Shown piece by piece: positions 49,068 through 59,105 of a DNA stretch of 64,000 nucleotides (the stretch's first letter is position 1; every line of letters starts with the position of its first letter). The position numbers were made by a program, and so were the translations under genes. This DNA is from Bdellovibrionota bacterium (GTDB taxonomy: Bacteria > Bdellovibrionota_C > UBA2361 > JBGSMV01): positions 72,910 through 136,909 of the forward strand of contig JBIKWF010000002.1 of the NCBI GenBank assembly GCA_044356455.1, given 5' to 3'. The notes beneath the pieces are model-generated. The model did not search any database, had not been told where the DNA came from, and saw nothing but the letters and a program-made list of their open reading frames with translations.

Positions 49068-49999
49068 GAAACGCATTTGCTGCTGAACTCACCGCTCTCG
49101 CCAAAGAGGATCCACGTGTCGTGATGTTATCAGGCGACATCGGGAATCGTCTCTTTGATGAGTATAAATCCGTAGCTCGCTCACGCTTTTTTAACTGCGG
49201 AGTCGCCGAAGCAAATCTTATCAGCATGGGCGCTGGGCTCGCGATGTCGGGCTTTAGACCAATTGCCTATACGATAGCTCCCTTTATTACTACGCGCTGC
49301 TACGAGCAGATTCGCGTCGATGTCTGCTATCATGAATCCCCGGTAGTTATCGTCGGTGTTGGCGCTGGGCTCTCATACGCTTCACTAGGAGCGACGCACC
49401 ACTCCTGCGAGGATATTGCCATCATGCGTGCACTTCCTCACATGACAGTGATGTGCCCAGGCGATGAGAAGGAAGTGCGTGCAGCCCTGCGAGCCGCGAT
49501 TGCTCACAACGGTCCCTCCTATATCCGCATCGGCAAAAAGGGAGAGCCAGTTGTTCACAAGACTCCTCCCGCATTCACCATCGGGAAAGGAATCGAACTT
49601 AAAACGGGGACTGATGTCTGCTTGCTTTCAACGGGAACTCTCTTACCCGAGGTTATTGCGGCGGCAGAATTACTAGAGAAAGAAAAGCTCTCAGTACGCG
49701 TGGTAAGTCTCCATACGGTGAAGCCTCTTGATGAAGCGCTCATTTTTGATGCCTTCAAGCGATATCAACTCGTGGCGACAATTGAAGAGCATTCCGTAAT
49801 TGGAGGACTTGGCGGCGCAGTTTCTGAACTCATTGCGGAAACCTCTCCCGCCCAAAGACGAGCCCAGTTTGTGCGCATCGGCACACCTGATGTGTTCCTG
49901 CATGAGCCAGGCGAACAAGAATTCGCACGTGAACACTTCGGACTCAATGCCAAAGGCATTGCGGCAAAGATACGCAGCTCTCTTCGTAATGCAGAGTAA
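49064..49999 (+). CDS. Transketolase, C-terminal subunit
   Basis: GVAEAN, GATHH, EEHSVIGGLG. Confidence 0.93.
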   Translation: MRNAFAAELTALAKEDPRVVMLSGDIGNRLFDEYKSVARSRFFNCGVAEANLISMGAGLAMSGFRPIAYTIAPFITTRCYEQIRVDVCYHESPVVIVGVGAGLSYASLGATHHSCEDIAIMRALPHMTVMCPGDEKEVRAALRAAIAHNGPSYIRIGKKGEPVVHKTPPAFTIGKGIELKTGTDVCLLSTGTLLPEVIAAAELLEKEKLSVRVVSLHTVKPLDEALIFDAFKRYQLVATIEEHSVIGGLGGAVSELIAETSPAQRRAQFVRIGTPDVFLHEPGEQEFAREHFGLNAKGIAAKIRSSLRNAE

Positions 50000-50046
50000 A
50001 GTAGTCGCCTGCAGCTTTCCCGCCAGGCAGTCAGCGTGGACAACGA

Positions 50047-50661
50047 ATGAAAATTGGAATTGACTTCGACAACACGGTGGTCTGCTACGACGGAGTTTTC
50101 GAAGCCCTGGCAAGAGAGGAGGGCATTCTTGCGCCGTCCGTTAAGGCAACCAAAGGGGCGGTAAGAGACGAGCTTCGCAAACAAGGCAAAGAGGAGCGCT
50201 GGATTGAAATTCAAGGGCTCGTGTACGGCGAACGCATGAAAGATGCTGCACCCTTTGCTGGAATCAAAGAGTTCCTGGCAAAGGCAAAGGCTCAAGGAGC
50301 AGAAACCTTCATCGTAAGCCACAAAACCCGCTACCCCTTTCGTGGCCCGCAGTTTGATTTACACGAATCCGCCTACGAGTGGCTACAAGCGCAGGCGATA
50401 TACGACCGAAAGCATCCAAATTCCTTTCCTCGGGTGTACCTTGAGCTCACCAAGGAAGCCAAGCTCGCGCGGATTGCTGAGCTTGGATGTGAAGTCTTTA
50501 TAGACGATCTGCCCGAGTTTTTAAGCGAACAAGCCTTTCCCACGCGAGCAAGCAGAATACTTTTCGATCCCAACAGCGACCACGGCGAGACCCCCTGCTA
50601 TTCCAGGGCCTCATCGTGGAACGAAATTTCTGCTCGCTTACTCTCACCCAAAGGGAGGTGA
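50047..50661 (+). CDS. HAD-superfamily hydrolase
   Basis: IDFDNT, VSHK, FIDD. Confidence 0.85.
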   Translation: MKIGIDFDNTVVCYDGVFEALAREEGILAPSVKATKGAVRDELRKQGKEERWIEIQGLVYGERMKDAAPFAGIKEFLAKAKAQGAETFIVSHKTRYPFRGPQFDLHESAYEWLQAQAIYDRKHPNSFPRVYLELTKEAKLARIAELGCEVFIDDLPEFLSEQAFPTRASRILFDPNSDHGETPCYSRASSWNEISARLLSPKGR

Positions 50662-50664
50662 TGG

Positions 50665-51690
50665 ATGAGCTCCCAACCCTTCAGCACGGCGCTTGCGGCA
50701 CTTGTCGCAAAAGCTGGAATGCCTGCCTCATACGAAGTGCGGGAGATGCCTGGAACTGGCAACAATCGAGCGTTTGAAGTTTGCGGAGGTGAAAAGTGCT
50801 ACCTTTTAAAGGAATATTTTTCTCACCCGCGAGACCCTCGGGACCGCCTCGGCACCGAGTTTAACTTCAGTCAACTTCTTTGGGATAACGGCATCAGGTC
50901 GATTCCTCAACCTATCGCGGCAGATCCGGCCCACAGGCTAGCTCTCTATCAGTTTATCGAAGGGCGTGCCTGCACCCCCGAGGACGTTACCGAAACGAGA
51001 GTACAAGAATTTTTAGCATTTCTCATTGCGATAAGCCGCTGTGCAAAAAGCGGCGCAGCCAAAGATTTCCCGCTCGGCTCTGAGCCGTGCTTTAGCGTTG
51101 ATGAGCATCTAAGCTGCGTCGCGCGGCGACTTGAACGACTTTCTGAAATTGACTCTACCACCCCTCAAGGAGCTGAGGCGCGTGGCTTTGTTAACGAGGC
51201 GCTCTTGCCTCTCTGGGACAAAGTCAGTGACCGAATTTCTTCCCGCGCCCGCAAAGAGGGCTTCTCGACTTCACACCTCCTGGCTCCTGAAGAGCGCATC
51301 CTTTCGCCCTCTGATTTTGGTTTCCACAATGCCCTTATTACAAGCCAAGGAGCGCTTGTGTTTCTCGATTTTGAGTACGCGGGATGGGATGACCCGGCGC
51401 GGACTACGAGTGATTTCTTTTGTCAGCCCCGTATTCCCGTCCCCCATACCTTTCGCCCCCTTTTCCGAAACGCCCTAAAAGGCATTCTTTCAGTACCTGA
51501 ACGCTACACTCTGCATTCAGATCTCATTTTTCCCGTGTATCAAATGAAATGGTGCTGCATAATGCTTGCGGAATTCCTACCCGTCGCCTCCGAGCGAAGA
51601 AGCTTTGCACAAGGGAAGGAACCTCTCGAAGCGCGCCGAGCACGGCAAATGGCGAAAGTGAGAGCTCTCGCGCACATGATAGAGATTTAA
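50665..51690 (+). CDS. Aminoglycoside-phosphotransferase-like kinase
   Basis: SPSDFGFHN and LDFEYAGWD. Confidence 0.85.
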   Translation: MSSQPFSTALAALVAKAGMPASYEVREMPGTGNNRAFEVCGGEKCYLLKEYFSHPRDPRDRLGTEFNFSQLLWDNGIRSIPQPIAADPAHRLALYQFIEGRACTPEDVTETRVQEFLAFLIAISRCAKSGAAKDFPLGSEPCFSVDEHLSCVARRLERLSEIDSTTPQGAEARGFVNEALLPLWDKVSDRISSRARKEGFSTSHLLAPEERILSPSDFGFHNALITSQGALVFLDFEYAGWDDPARTTSDFFCQPRIPVPHTFRPLFRNALKGILSVPERYTLHSDLIFPVYQMKWCCIMLAEFLPVASERRSFAQGKEPLEARRARQMAKVRALAHMIEI

Positions 51691-51713
51691 TTCAGTTCAC
51701 AAGGAGTACCCAC

Positions 51714-52376
51714 GTGGCATACATCGACTTCATCACCAAAATTCATACTTCAACCAAGAGAGATTACCGTCAGCGCGTTCTTGATTACGACAAAGCCGAG
51801 TGCGCGGAAGTCGCGATTAAATTCGGCAAAGATTACTGGGACGGAGACCGTCGCCACGGCTATGGCGGATTTCGTTACGATGGACGCTGGCGCGCTGTCG
51901 CCGAAGCCCTTGCCTCTCACTATAAACTTAAAGCCGGTGACTCCGTACTCGATGTCGGATGCGGCAAGGGATTTCTTCTTTATGAACTCACCCAGGTTGT
52001 CCCAGGACTTAAGGTTACTGGCCTTGATATTTCCGAATACGCGATTGAGAACGCCAAAGAAGAAGTGAAGCCGTTCCTTCGGGTAGGCGACGCGAAGGAA
52101 CTTCCTTTTGCGGACAAATCCTTCGATTTGGTGATCTCCATTATCACCATTCACAACCTTTACATTTATGACCTCTGGAAGGCGCTTAAGGAAATTGAGC
52201 GTGTCGGGAAGGGCGGCAAGTATATTTGCACCGAAGGATATCGCAACGAACGTGAGAAAGTGAATTTGATGTATTGGCAGCTTACGTGCCGCGCCTTCCA
52301 CACTCCGGCCGAATGGGAATGGATATTTCAGCAAACAGGATACACGGGGGACTACAGTCTTATCTATTTCGAATAA
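51714..52376 (+). CDS. Class I SAM-dependent methyltransferase
   Basis: VLDVGCGKG; GTG start after aaggag. Confidence 0.9.
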   Translation: MAYIDFITKIHTSTKRDYRQRVLDYDKAECAEVAIKFGKDYWDGDRRHGYGGFRYDGRWRAVAEALASHYKLKAGDSVLDVGCGKGFLLYELTQVVPGLKVTGLDISEYAIENAKEEVKPFLRVGDAKELPFADKSFDLVISIITIHNLYIYDLWKALKEIERVGKGGKYICTEGYRNEREKVNLMYWQLTCRAFHTPAEWEWIFQQTGYTGDYSLIYFE

Positions 52377-52441
52377 CGAATCTTGAAGTATCGTCTCTGC
52401 TCGCATGGACGCACACTGAACCCAGCTTCTGAGCTCTTGCT

Positions 52442-53062
52442 ATGAAAGTACTTGTTCTTGGACCACATACCGACGACGCCGAATTCGGCTGCGGCGCCAC
52501 GATGGCGAAGTATCTAGAGCAGGGAGCTGAGGTTTTTGTCCACGTATTTTCAGCCTGCGAGCAGTCCGTACCAGCGCCATTTCCGACTGATGCTCTCGTA
52601 AAGGAGTGCCGCGCATCGATGAATCTCCTTGGGATTCCAAGTTCGCATGTGATCATCGATAAATTCCCCGTGAGAAAATTCGGAGAACATCGGCAGGACA
52701 TTCTCGAAAAGATGGTCAAGACTCGAAAGGAACTTGCGCCGGATCTTGTCTTCGCGCCCTCCCTCAATGACACGCATCAAGATCACCAAGTCATCGCGCA
52801 AGAAACGTTTCGAGCATTTAAGTCTGCAAGCGTTTATGGCTATGAGATGCCGTGGAATATGATTACGTTTTCTAACACCACGTTCTCAGCTCTCGAAGAG
52901 AGGCATCTCAACGTAAAGATTGGGTGCCTGAAGTGCTATGAGACCCAAACCTTTCGTGACTATGCGAGCCCCGAAATGGTGAGAAGCCTTGCGACCGTGC
53001 GCGGCGTGCAAGGGTGCCGCAAACTTGCAGAGGCTTTTGAAACGTATCGTTCTTTTCTTTAG
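52442..53062 (+). CDS. PIG-L family deacetylase
   Basis: PHTDD and HQDH motifs. Confidence 0.9.
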   Translation: MKVLVLGPHTDDAEFGCGATMAKYLEQGAEVFVHVFSACEQSVPAPFPTDALVKECRASMNLLGIPSSHVIIDKFPVRKFGEHRQDILEKMVKTRKELAPDLVFAPSLNDTHQDHQVIAQETFRAFKSASVYGYEMPWNMITFSNTTFSALEERHLNVKIGCLKCYETQTFRDYASPEMVRSLATVRGVQGCRKLAEAFETYRSFL

Positions 53063-53308
53063 CGAAAGTGACTCAAAGCCTGCCTGTGTTGCTAATCAAC
53101 TGGAATTCTTAACTACAAATCCGCGTGGGCGCAGCTTTCAGAGGAAATCGAGGGTGTCCCTTGGCAGGCGCGATCAGCCCCTTAGTCGACTATTTTCAAC
53201 CTTCTGAATTACCGAATTAGAGCCAGGACTAAGTAGCTTGAGTTAGAATCGCATTTTAGTGAGACTTGGAGCACTGACGGGTAATACTCACCTCGGAGCA
53301 CTGCACCT

Positions 53309-54646
53309 ATGCGAATGTTCAACTTGGCACTCTGCTTCTTATTCTGTCTGCTTTTCGGTGCGTTCGAGGGCATGGCCTTCGGCCAGGAGGGGGTGGTAGT
53401 CGGAAAGACGAAATCAGTGCCTGGATTTCGAGCGGGGAACATTCGCGCATACCAATTGGATAAGCCTACGCCCATGGTTGCTGGCTCTATCAGCCGCAGC
53501 GGGAAGTACTCGCTTGAATTGCCGCCTGGCAAGTTTGCGCTCATCACCTCCATGTTTGGAAAGCGCGGGCCCGTGACCAAGATTGCTTTTGCTTCAGTGA
53601 AGAAGGGAAAGCGAGTCACGCCACGAAGCCCTCAAGCGGCAGCGGCGCTTAGTGCCACGGCAGAAACTCGTATCAGCGTTGGAAATGTTTTGGCTCGCGG
53701 CCCCCAAGGGCAAACCTATCGAAATCCAGAGGGACGTCCGATCACCTTCGATGACATTCTGATTACGGATTTAGTTCTGGCTCCCAAATCCTGCTCTGTG
53801 GCAGTAGTCGAGGATCGAAAGTTTGGGCGCTTTCAGGATGTCCTTAAAGAGCTTCGACGACAATCTTCTGCTCTCTTCTCGGAGCCTATTGATCTTAAGG
53901 CAGCAACCAAAGTCCTGAACGCCAATGCGCCTCAGTTTCGTATTACGGGGTCAGTCGGAGTGCTCAATGACACGCTCGAGTCTGATGGCACTGCTTCTAT
54001 GCAGATTGTGGATCTTAAATCGGGAAGAGTTGTTGCAAGCCAAGAACTAAGCGGTCTTCCGACGAGCCTTGAGACGCTTTTCGAGGCGATAGCTCAGCGT
54101 ATGCTTAGTCAGCTTTGTATCCCTCAGCGTATACAGGGGACTTTTGCCGGAATCGATCGCATCAGGCTACCTGACGCCACCGTGGATTATGAATGGCAAG
54201 GCTCGGCAACTTTGGCGCTGCAATCGATTCTTCCGCCTGACCCTAACAATCCAAGTGCAGGCAATATCGCTTTTTATGCGCTTGAGACGGCGAACATCGA
54301 CTCGTATCGCAAGACAGGCACTTTGGGAGGTTGTCAGGCCTCGGTTGACGTTTCACAGGTGAGTCCGCAGCCGCCGTCAACAGGTGCGATGCTACTTTAT
54401 CTCTCACCCGTCGCAGGCCTTGGGTTTCAGTACGACCTTTCGGTAGCTCTTCTAAATTTCAGCGCAGGGATTGAAACCAGGATCTGCCCAAATGGGACCG
54501 AGCAAAGCCCGCAGGAGGTAACTGCCGAACTCTCGGTAACCTCTGACGCAGTACCCGTGCGTTATGCCCCTTCATTTGCTCGTTTCACGGGTTCCCAAAT
54601 TATTGGCACGGTGACTATGCAGTGGGACTTCGCTCCACTGCCCTAG
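53309..54646 (+). CDS. Secreted hypothetical protein
   Basis: Signal peptide; beta-rich N- and C-terminal parts; central segment loosely CsgG/TolB-N-like. Confidence 0.75.
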   Translation: MRMFNLALCFLFCLLFGAFEGMAFGQEGVVVGKTKSVPGFRAGNIRAYQLDKPTPMVAGSISRSGKYSLELPPGKFALITSMFGKRGPVTKIAFASVKKGKRVTPRSPQAAAALSATAETRISVGNVLARGPQGQTYRNPEGRPITFDDILITDLVLAPKSCSVAVVEDRKFGRFQDVLKELRRQSSALFSEPIDLKAATKVLNANAPQFRITGSVGVLNDTLESDGTASMQIVDLKSGRVVASQELSGLPTSLETLFEAIAQRMLSQLCIPQRIQGTFAGIDRIRLPDATVDYEWQGSATLALQSILPPDPNNPSAGNIAFYALETANIDSYRKTGTLGGCQASVDVSQVSPQPPSTGAMLLYLSPVAGLGFQYDLSVALLNFSAGIETRICPNGTEQSPQEVTAELSVTSDAVPVRYAPSFARFTGSQIIGTVTMQWDFAPLP

Positions 54647-54875
54647 TCGAAAGTTCTAGCTTTAACTAATCCCGCCAGGAGCGTGCCCTTGGGACGCCGA
54701 CCTACTGCTGCCACGGAAGCAGAAGGGGAGACCGTCATCGCTGCTAAACAGATATAATCATTGATACAAGTCCACCCAAAGAGAGGACGCATCGGGGGAG
54801 GGGCCCCGGAGATTTAAAATGGCACAAAGGAACTCCAAGAGAGCATAACGCATATGCCCGCTTCAAGATTTGTGT

Positions 54876-56591
54876 ATGCGACTCATTCAACCAAAAGACC
54901 GAATTCCAAAGATAGTTCACCCCGCGCTCATTCCTCCTGAAAGTGACCTCTCTTTAGAAGAACCGGGCGGACAAGGTACTGCTGCCTTGATGGACTGCTC
55001 CCTGCCCTGGGACCCAGAAACTAAGACGGTAATTCTGCGCAGAAATAGGCAGCCAAGTGGCGATGAGCTGGTTAGTACCAATGTCACTTGGCGAACGATT
55101 CTCGGTTCTCCCGGAGGGTGGAACTGGGGCTACCGTGGTTCAGGAGCGCAGGATCTTGCGATAAATATTCTCACACAGTTTATCCCAGCCGGAACGGACG
55201 GCTTCGAACCGATAGTTGGTCAGCGTGGACATTGTTCACGAACGGCCCACGAATTAGGGCCAAAGTTCGTCGCGCAATTTTTAGTAGGTCTACCTCATAG
55301 AGGAGGTGAGATCCTTGGCTCCGATATAGAATCATGGATTCAGAAGGAACGCGGAGTGAAAGTTAACTCGCCTTCACTCCCACGCTTGGCAGCGTTCACC
55401 TTGGAGCCAACTGCATCAGGATTTGAGAGAGGGCGAATCCGAGATGAGCCGAAACGTACCGTTGCTACCTTAGGCTTTCAGATACTCGACCTCACGAAAG
55501 AGTTCGAGAATAATTCGAAAGAATTTGAAAAACGCCTCACCGAGGTTCAACGCGATGCGCTGGCTGCCACCAAGCAATCCATGAGGGGCGTTTCTAATCG
55601 CAGGCAAATCAGAGCAGCTCCTTACCGAAGCCTCTTCGCACTCGCACATTCGCTCCATGCTCTCGATGTAGAGTACTTTAGGAGTGAAATAGAGGGACGC
55701 GATCCAAATACCGCGCCTCTTATTCGGACCCTTCCCGCAAAACTCCAGCAAGTCGTCGAGGAGCGAGTTCGGCTGCATGAACAAAAGGCCCGGAACACGG
55801 CCGATATAGTGACAAATATTCCGCACGATGAAATCGTCAGAGCAGCTGCAAAACAAGACCTTCAGGGCCTAACGGTAAGTGCGTTGGGTTCCACTCTCGT
55901 GCTGTCAGGTGAGCTTTTCGATATCCAGGACGCCGCTCGCGGAATATTCGATCCGACGGACAGCTTTGTCCGCATCCATCAGGTGGGAGGCCTAGCGACA
56001 ACAGTTAACATAAGAGGAACGCCAGTCGATTTGTTGCTTCTGCCGCTGGAGCGAAGAGACTTCGATCTTAAAACGATCCTTGAAGAGCGCCAGGTCATTA
56101 TTCATGAGAGGCAGCATAGACTTTGGGCTCGTGGTTCAGCTCCAAATACCGAGATTGTTCCGACTAACCCAGATCAGAAATTGCGGTATCATGCCAAGGA
56201 ATGCGCACAGATTCTTTACAGCTCATTCATGGATGAATTCACCGCGATGGTCTACGACGGGAATCTAAGCAACCTGAGGTACCTCAATTTAAGAGGAAGC
56301 AACTATGATTACGTTCGCTCACAGAGAGAACATCTGATCGAAGATCTGCGCACCAAGAATCCTGGCCGCACGGAAGGAAACCTACAGTCCACCTACGATA
56401 AAGTTGCAGCCTCGTTCCTCGATGCAACGAGAAAATTCACTGACGTCTTTCATTCCTTCGACCAGCCCTCACAAATAGTTGTAATGCGAGCACTCGAACT
56501 CTGCCCTCCGCATGAGGCTTATAAGCACATAGTTCGCATGCGAGATTTGGCTCCCGAGCTTGGGCTCACGCTAAAAGCATCAACTCGGTAG
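54876..56591 (+). CDS. DUF6166-like domain protein with C-terminal HExxH motif
   Basis: SPGGWNWGYRGSGAQDLAINIL; IIHERQH. Confidence 0.7.
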   Translation: MRLIQPKDRIPKIVHPALIPPESDLSLEEPGGQGTAALMDCSLPWDPETKTVILRRNRQPSGDELVSTNVTWRTILGSPGGWNWGYRGSGAQDLAINILTQFIPAGTDGFEPIVGQRGHCSRTAHELGPKFVAQFLVGLPHRGGEILGSDIESWIQKERGVKVNSPSLPRLAAFTLEPTASGFERGRIRDEPKRTVATLGFQILDLTKEFENNSKEFEKRLTEVQRDALAATKQSMRGVSNRRQIRAAPYRSLFALAHSLHALDVEYFRSEIEGRDPNTAPLIRTLPAKLQQVVEERVRLHEQKARNTADIVTNIPHDEIVRAAAKQDLQGLTVSALGSTLVLSGELFDIQDAARGIFDPTDSFVRIHQVGGLATTVNIRGTPVDLLLLPLERRDFDLKTILEERQVIIHERQHRLWARGSAPNTEIVPTNPDQKLRYHAKECAQILYSSFMDEFTAMVYDGNLSNLRYLNLRGSNYDYVRSQREHLIEDLRTKNPGRTEGNLQSTYDKVAASFLDATRKFTDVFHSFDQPSQIVVMRALELCPPHEAYKHIVRMRDLAPELGLTLKASTR

Positions 56592-56795
56592 CATTGTCCC
56601 CTCGGGACACCCACTCTCATGCATAACGGGCAAACCCTCAGAGCCCAACACGCCGCTAACTAGCTAGAATCATTGCCCACAGGTCCGCAAGGGCAAGGAT
56701 TACAGCAGGAGGAAGAGATTCTCTACGAAAGCGGCACATGACTACCTCTCCTCCCCATAACCCTAGCAGGCTGCCGTTTTTTTCTATCGGTTCAA

Positions 56796-58088
56796 ATGTC
56801 TCTTACTACCACCCATACCCGCCTTCCCGGGCGAGAAGAGTTGCTCCGCGTCGCAACAGACTCAGAGAGAGATCCTATCGCTGGCAATCTACTTCGACAT
56901 TTTGCTGCCGCACGAGAGTCCTTCGGCCAAAGACTTCCCGAGGACTGGGAAGACCCAGCTCTTAGAGCAGTGATAGACCCGCTGCTCGACGCAACAAGAG
57001 CAGTGGTGACCGCGAGGAAGCTTTCCATTGACGAGGTGGTTTCTCCTCAAGTCCCCGAGCACTCTTTTGCGGTCTTCAGATTTCGGCAGGACGAAAGCCC
57101 CCTGGGGAGTGTCGCTCGTAGATACAACGAGCGATTCGGGGGAAAGCTGGGATTCGATCCAGCAACACTCGCATTGTCTCATGCGGAAACGATTCACTCA
57201 CATTCAGGCTTCGTATCCGTGTCGTGTGACGAACTCCTTCTTGGTCGGCCACTCAGCTCTACCCACCATGAACTTTACCATGCCGCGTCTGACCACCACC
57301 TTAGCCTAGGCCACACGAGTCCAGACGCCTTCTCTTTTCGCGCTCGCAGTGAAAACACCCTTTTCTCTGCATTCGGTCAACTACCGGGATCCGAAGTGTT
57401 TGCTCCGCTATACGGGGGTATTAAGGCTCTTGAGGAATTAAGAAGCTGCGAGGATCCTCACCTTTCGCGTTTTATCCTCCGCGATGCGGGAGCTTCATTC
57501 GGTGAGGCGATAAGCTGCAGCGCGGCAATGAAAGCAGGGGTGAAGAACGGTATTCTGGGAACTGTGAGCGAGCTCCACGCCGCGGCAGCCGCAGGACTGC
57601 TCGTCGTTGATAGATCTGAATTTGAAACGGAGGGCAAGATAACTCTTAGGGTTCCCTTCCGCTGGGGAAGCCAAACCGAAACAGGTGCGCCCGAAATCAC
57701 TCTATTCACCAAAGCCTCAGAGGAAGAGCCCAATATTAGGATTGTCCGGCTTAAAGGAAACGATCAATCCTGGAGCATTGTTTGCTCGATGCCCGCGGCA
57801 ACAGTAAGCGACAACCTAACCGCCCTCGCTCAGGAGATAAAAGTTAACGAGAATATCAACGCTTCCGAGGTGCTTCAGACAAAGGCCATTCAAGGGGTTA
57901 TTCAAACGATAAAAGATGACGCGCGCGCATTCTTAAGGACCTTGATTGAGGCCGAAAGTCTCGCGAATGACCTTAGAGATATCACACTGAAAGCACTTAG
58001 CGGCACCGCTCCTAACCAAAGAGAGCTTGACGAAATCATGCAAGACGCGAGGAGTCTGTTCCCCGCAGTCCAACAGGCGCTCCAGTAA
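56796..58088 (+). CDS. Hypothetical protein with HExxH motif
   Basis: 430-aa ORF; THHELYHA. Confidence 0.7.
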   Translation: MSLTTTHTRLPGREELLRVATDSERDPIAGNLLRHFAAARESFGQRLPEDWEDPALRAVIDPLLDATRAVVTARKLSIDEVVSPQVPEHSFAVFRFRQDESPLGSVARRYNERFGGKLGFDPATLALSHAETIHSHSGFVSVSCDELLLGRPLSSTHHELYHAASDHHLSLGHTSPDAFSFRARSENTLFSAFGQLPGSEVFAPLYGGIKALEELRSCEDPHLSRFILRDAGASFGEAISCSAAMKAGVKNGILGTVSELHAAAAAGLLVVDRSEFETEGKITLRVPFRWGSQTETGAPEITLFTKASEEEPNIRIVRLKGNDQSWSIVCSMPAATVSDNLTALAQEIKVNENINASEVLQTKAIQGVIQTIKDDARAFLRTLIEAESLANDLRDITLKALSGTAPNQRELDEIMQDARSLFPAVQQALQ

Positions 58089-58124
58089 ACGGTTCGAGGC
58101 CTCACTGCCAGCGAGAAGAACAGA

Positions 58125-59090
58125 CTACGACTTGCCGACAAGATTCTTCATGGCTTTTAGGAGCGCCTTATATTCCCCGCTCTCTCTTGCAGGCGAGCCC
58201 ATAACGGTTGCGCCTTCTGCCACATCTGAAACTACCACCGCACCAAGGCCGATAAGGCTATGCGCTCCAATTTTTATGCTCTCACGCACCGCCGTGCTTG
58301 GGGCTACCCACGAACCCGTTCCCACTTTCACGCTCCCGGCCAGCATGGCATGTGCGATCACTGCACAGTTCTCTTCCACGCATACATTATGGGCAATGTG
58401 CACAAGATTATCGATTTTTGAGCCTGCCTTAATGGTAGTGTCTCCCAAAGTACCTCGGTCGATGCAGGTATTGGCACCAATCTCGACCTCATCACCTATC
58501 ACCACGCCCCCGGCATGAGGGAACTTTTCAAACCCGCCTTCGGCGTTGCGCTCGTAACCAAACCCATCAGCTCCGATCACCGCACCTGCGTGAATAATCA
58601 CATTTCGTCCAATACGGGTATTCCCGTATATATAGACTCTTCCGTGCACCACTGTCCCACTCGCAATCGTGCAGTGCGGGCCAATATACGCCATAGGGCC
58701 GATTGCTACGGAAGGATCAATCTGCGCGCTAGGATCCACTACCGCAGTTGGATGAACTCCTTTCGAAACTTCTGGAGAAAAATACCGCTGCACTACTTGG
58801 ATAAAATAAAGCCTTGGGTTCTCCACGACTAGAATTGTTTTCCCGGTCGCCGCCAGCTCAGAGAGAGGCTCTGATGCACGACAAATCACCGTTCGCGCGC
58901 CGCTGGAGCGAATCATCGCGAGCGCCTCGCTCGTTGCACTCTTGCAAAAAGCAATTCCATCCGAAGGGGCCGGGTCCGAAAGGACTACGGGACGTGAAAT
59001 AACTTGGTCAAGACTGCCAAGGACTTGAAGAGGTTTAAGAGTAAGCTCCTCTACCAGCGCTTTTACGAAAAGTCTCTTTTCTCCCGCCAT
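58125..59090 (-). CDS. LpxD-like hexapeptide acyltransferase
   Basis: [28 protein letters not shown]; inside a polysaccharide operon, so possibly a paralog. Confidence 0.85.
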   Translation of the reverse strand: MAGEKRLFVKALVEELTLKPLQVLGSLDQVISRPVVLSDPAPSDGIAFCKSATSEALAMIRSSGARTVICRASEPLSELAATGKTILVVENPRLYFIQVVQRYFSPEVSKGVHPTAVVDPSAQIDPSVAIGPMAYIGPHCTIASGTVVHGRVYIYGNTRIGRNVIIHAGAVIGADGFGYERNAEGGFEKFPHAGGVVIGDEVEIGANTCIDRGTLGDTTIKAGSKIDNLVHIAHNVCVEENCAVIAHAMLAGSVKVGTGSWVAPSTAVRESIKIGAHSLIGLGAVVVSDVAEGATVMGSPARESGEYKALLKAMKNLVGKS

Positions 59091-59105
59091 GCTTCTATTC
59101 CTTTT

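Noticed and set aside
58125..59090. Assigning the symbol lpxD
   Set aside because: It sits in a polysaccharide operon rather than with bamA/fabZ/lpxA, so it may be a sugar acyltransferase paralog.
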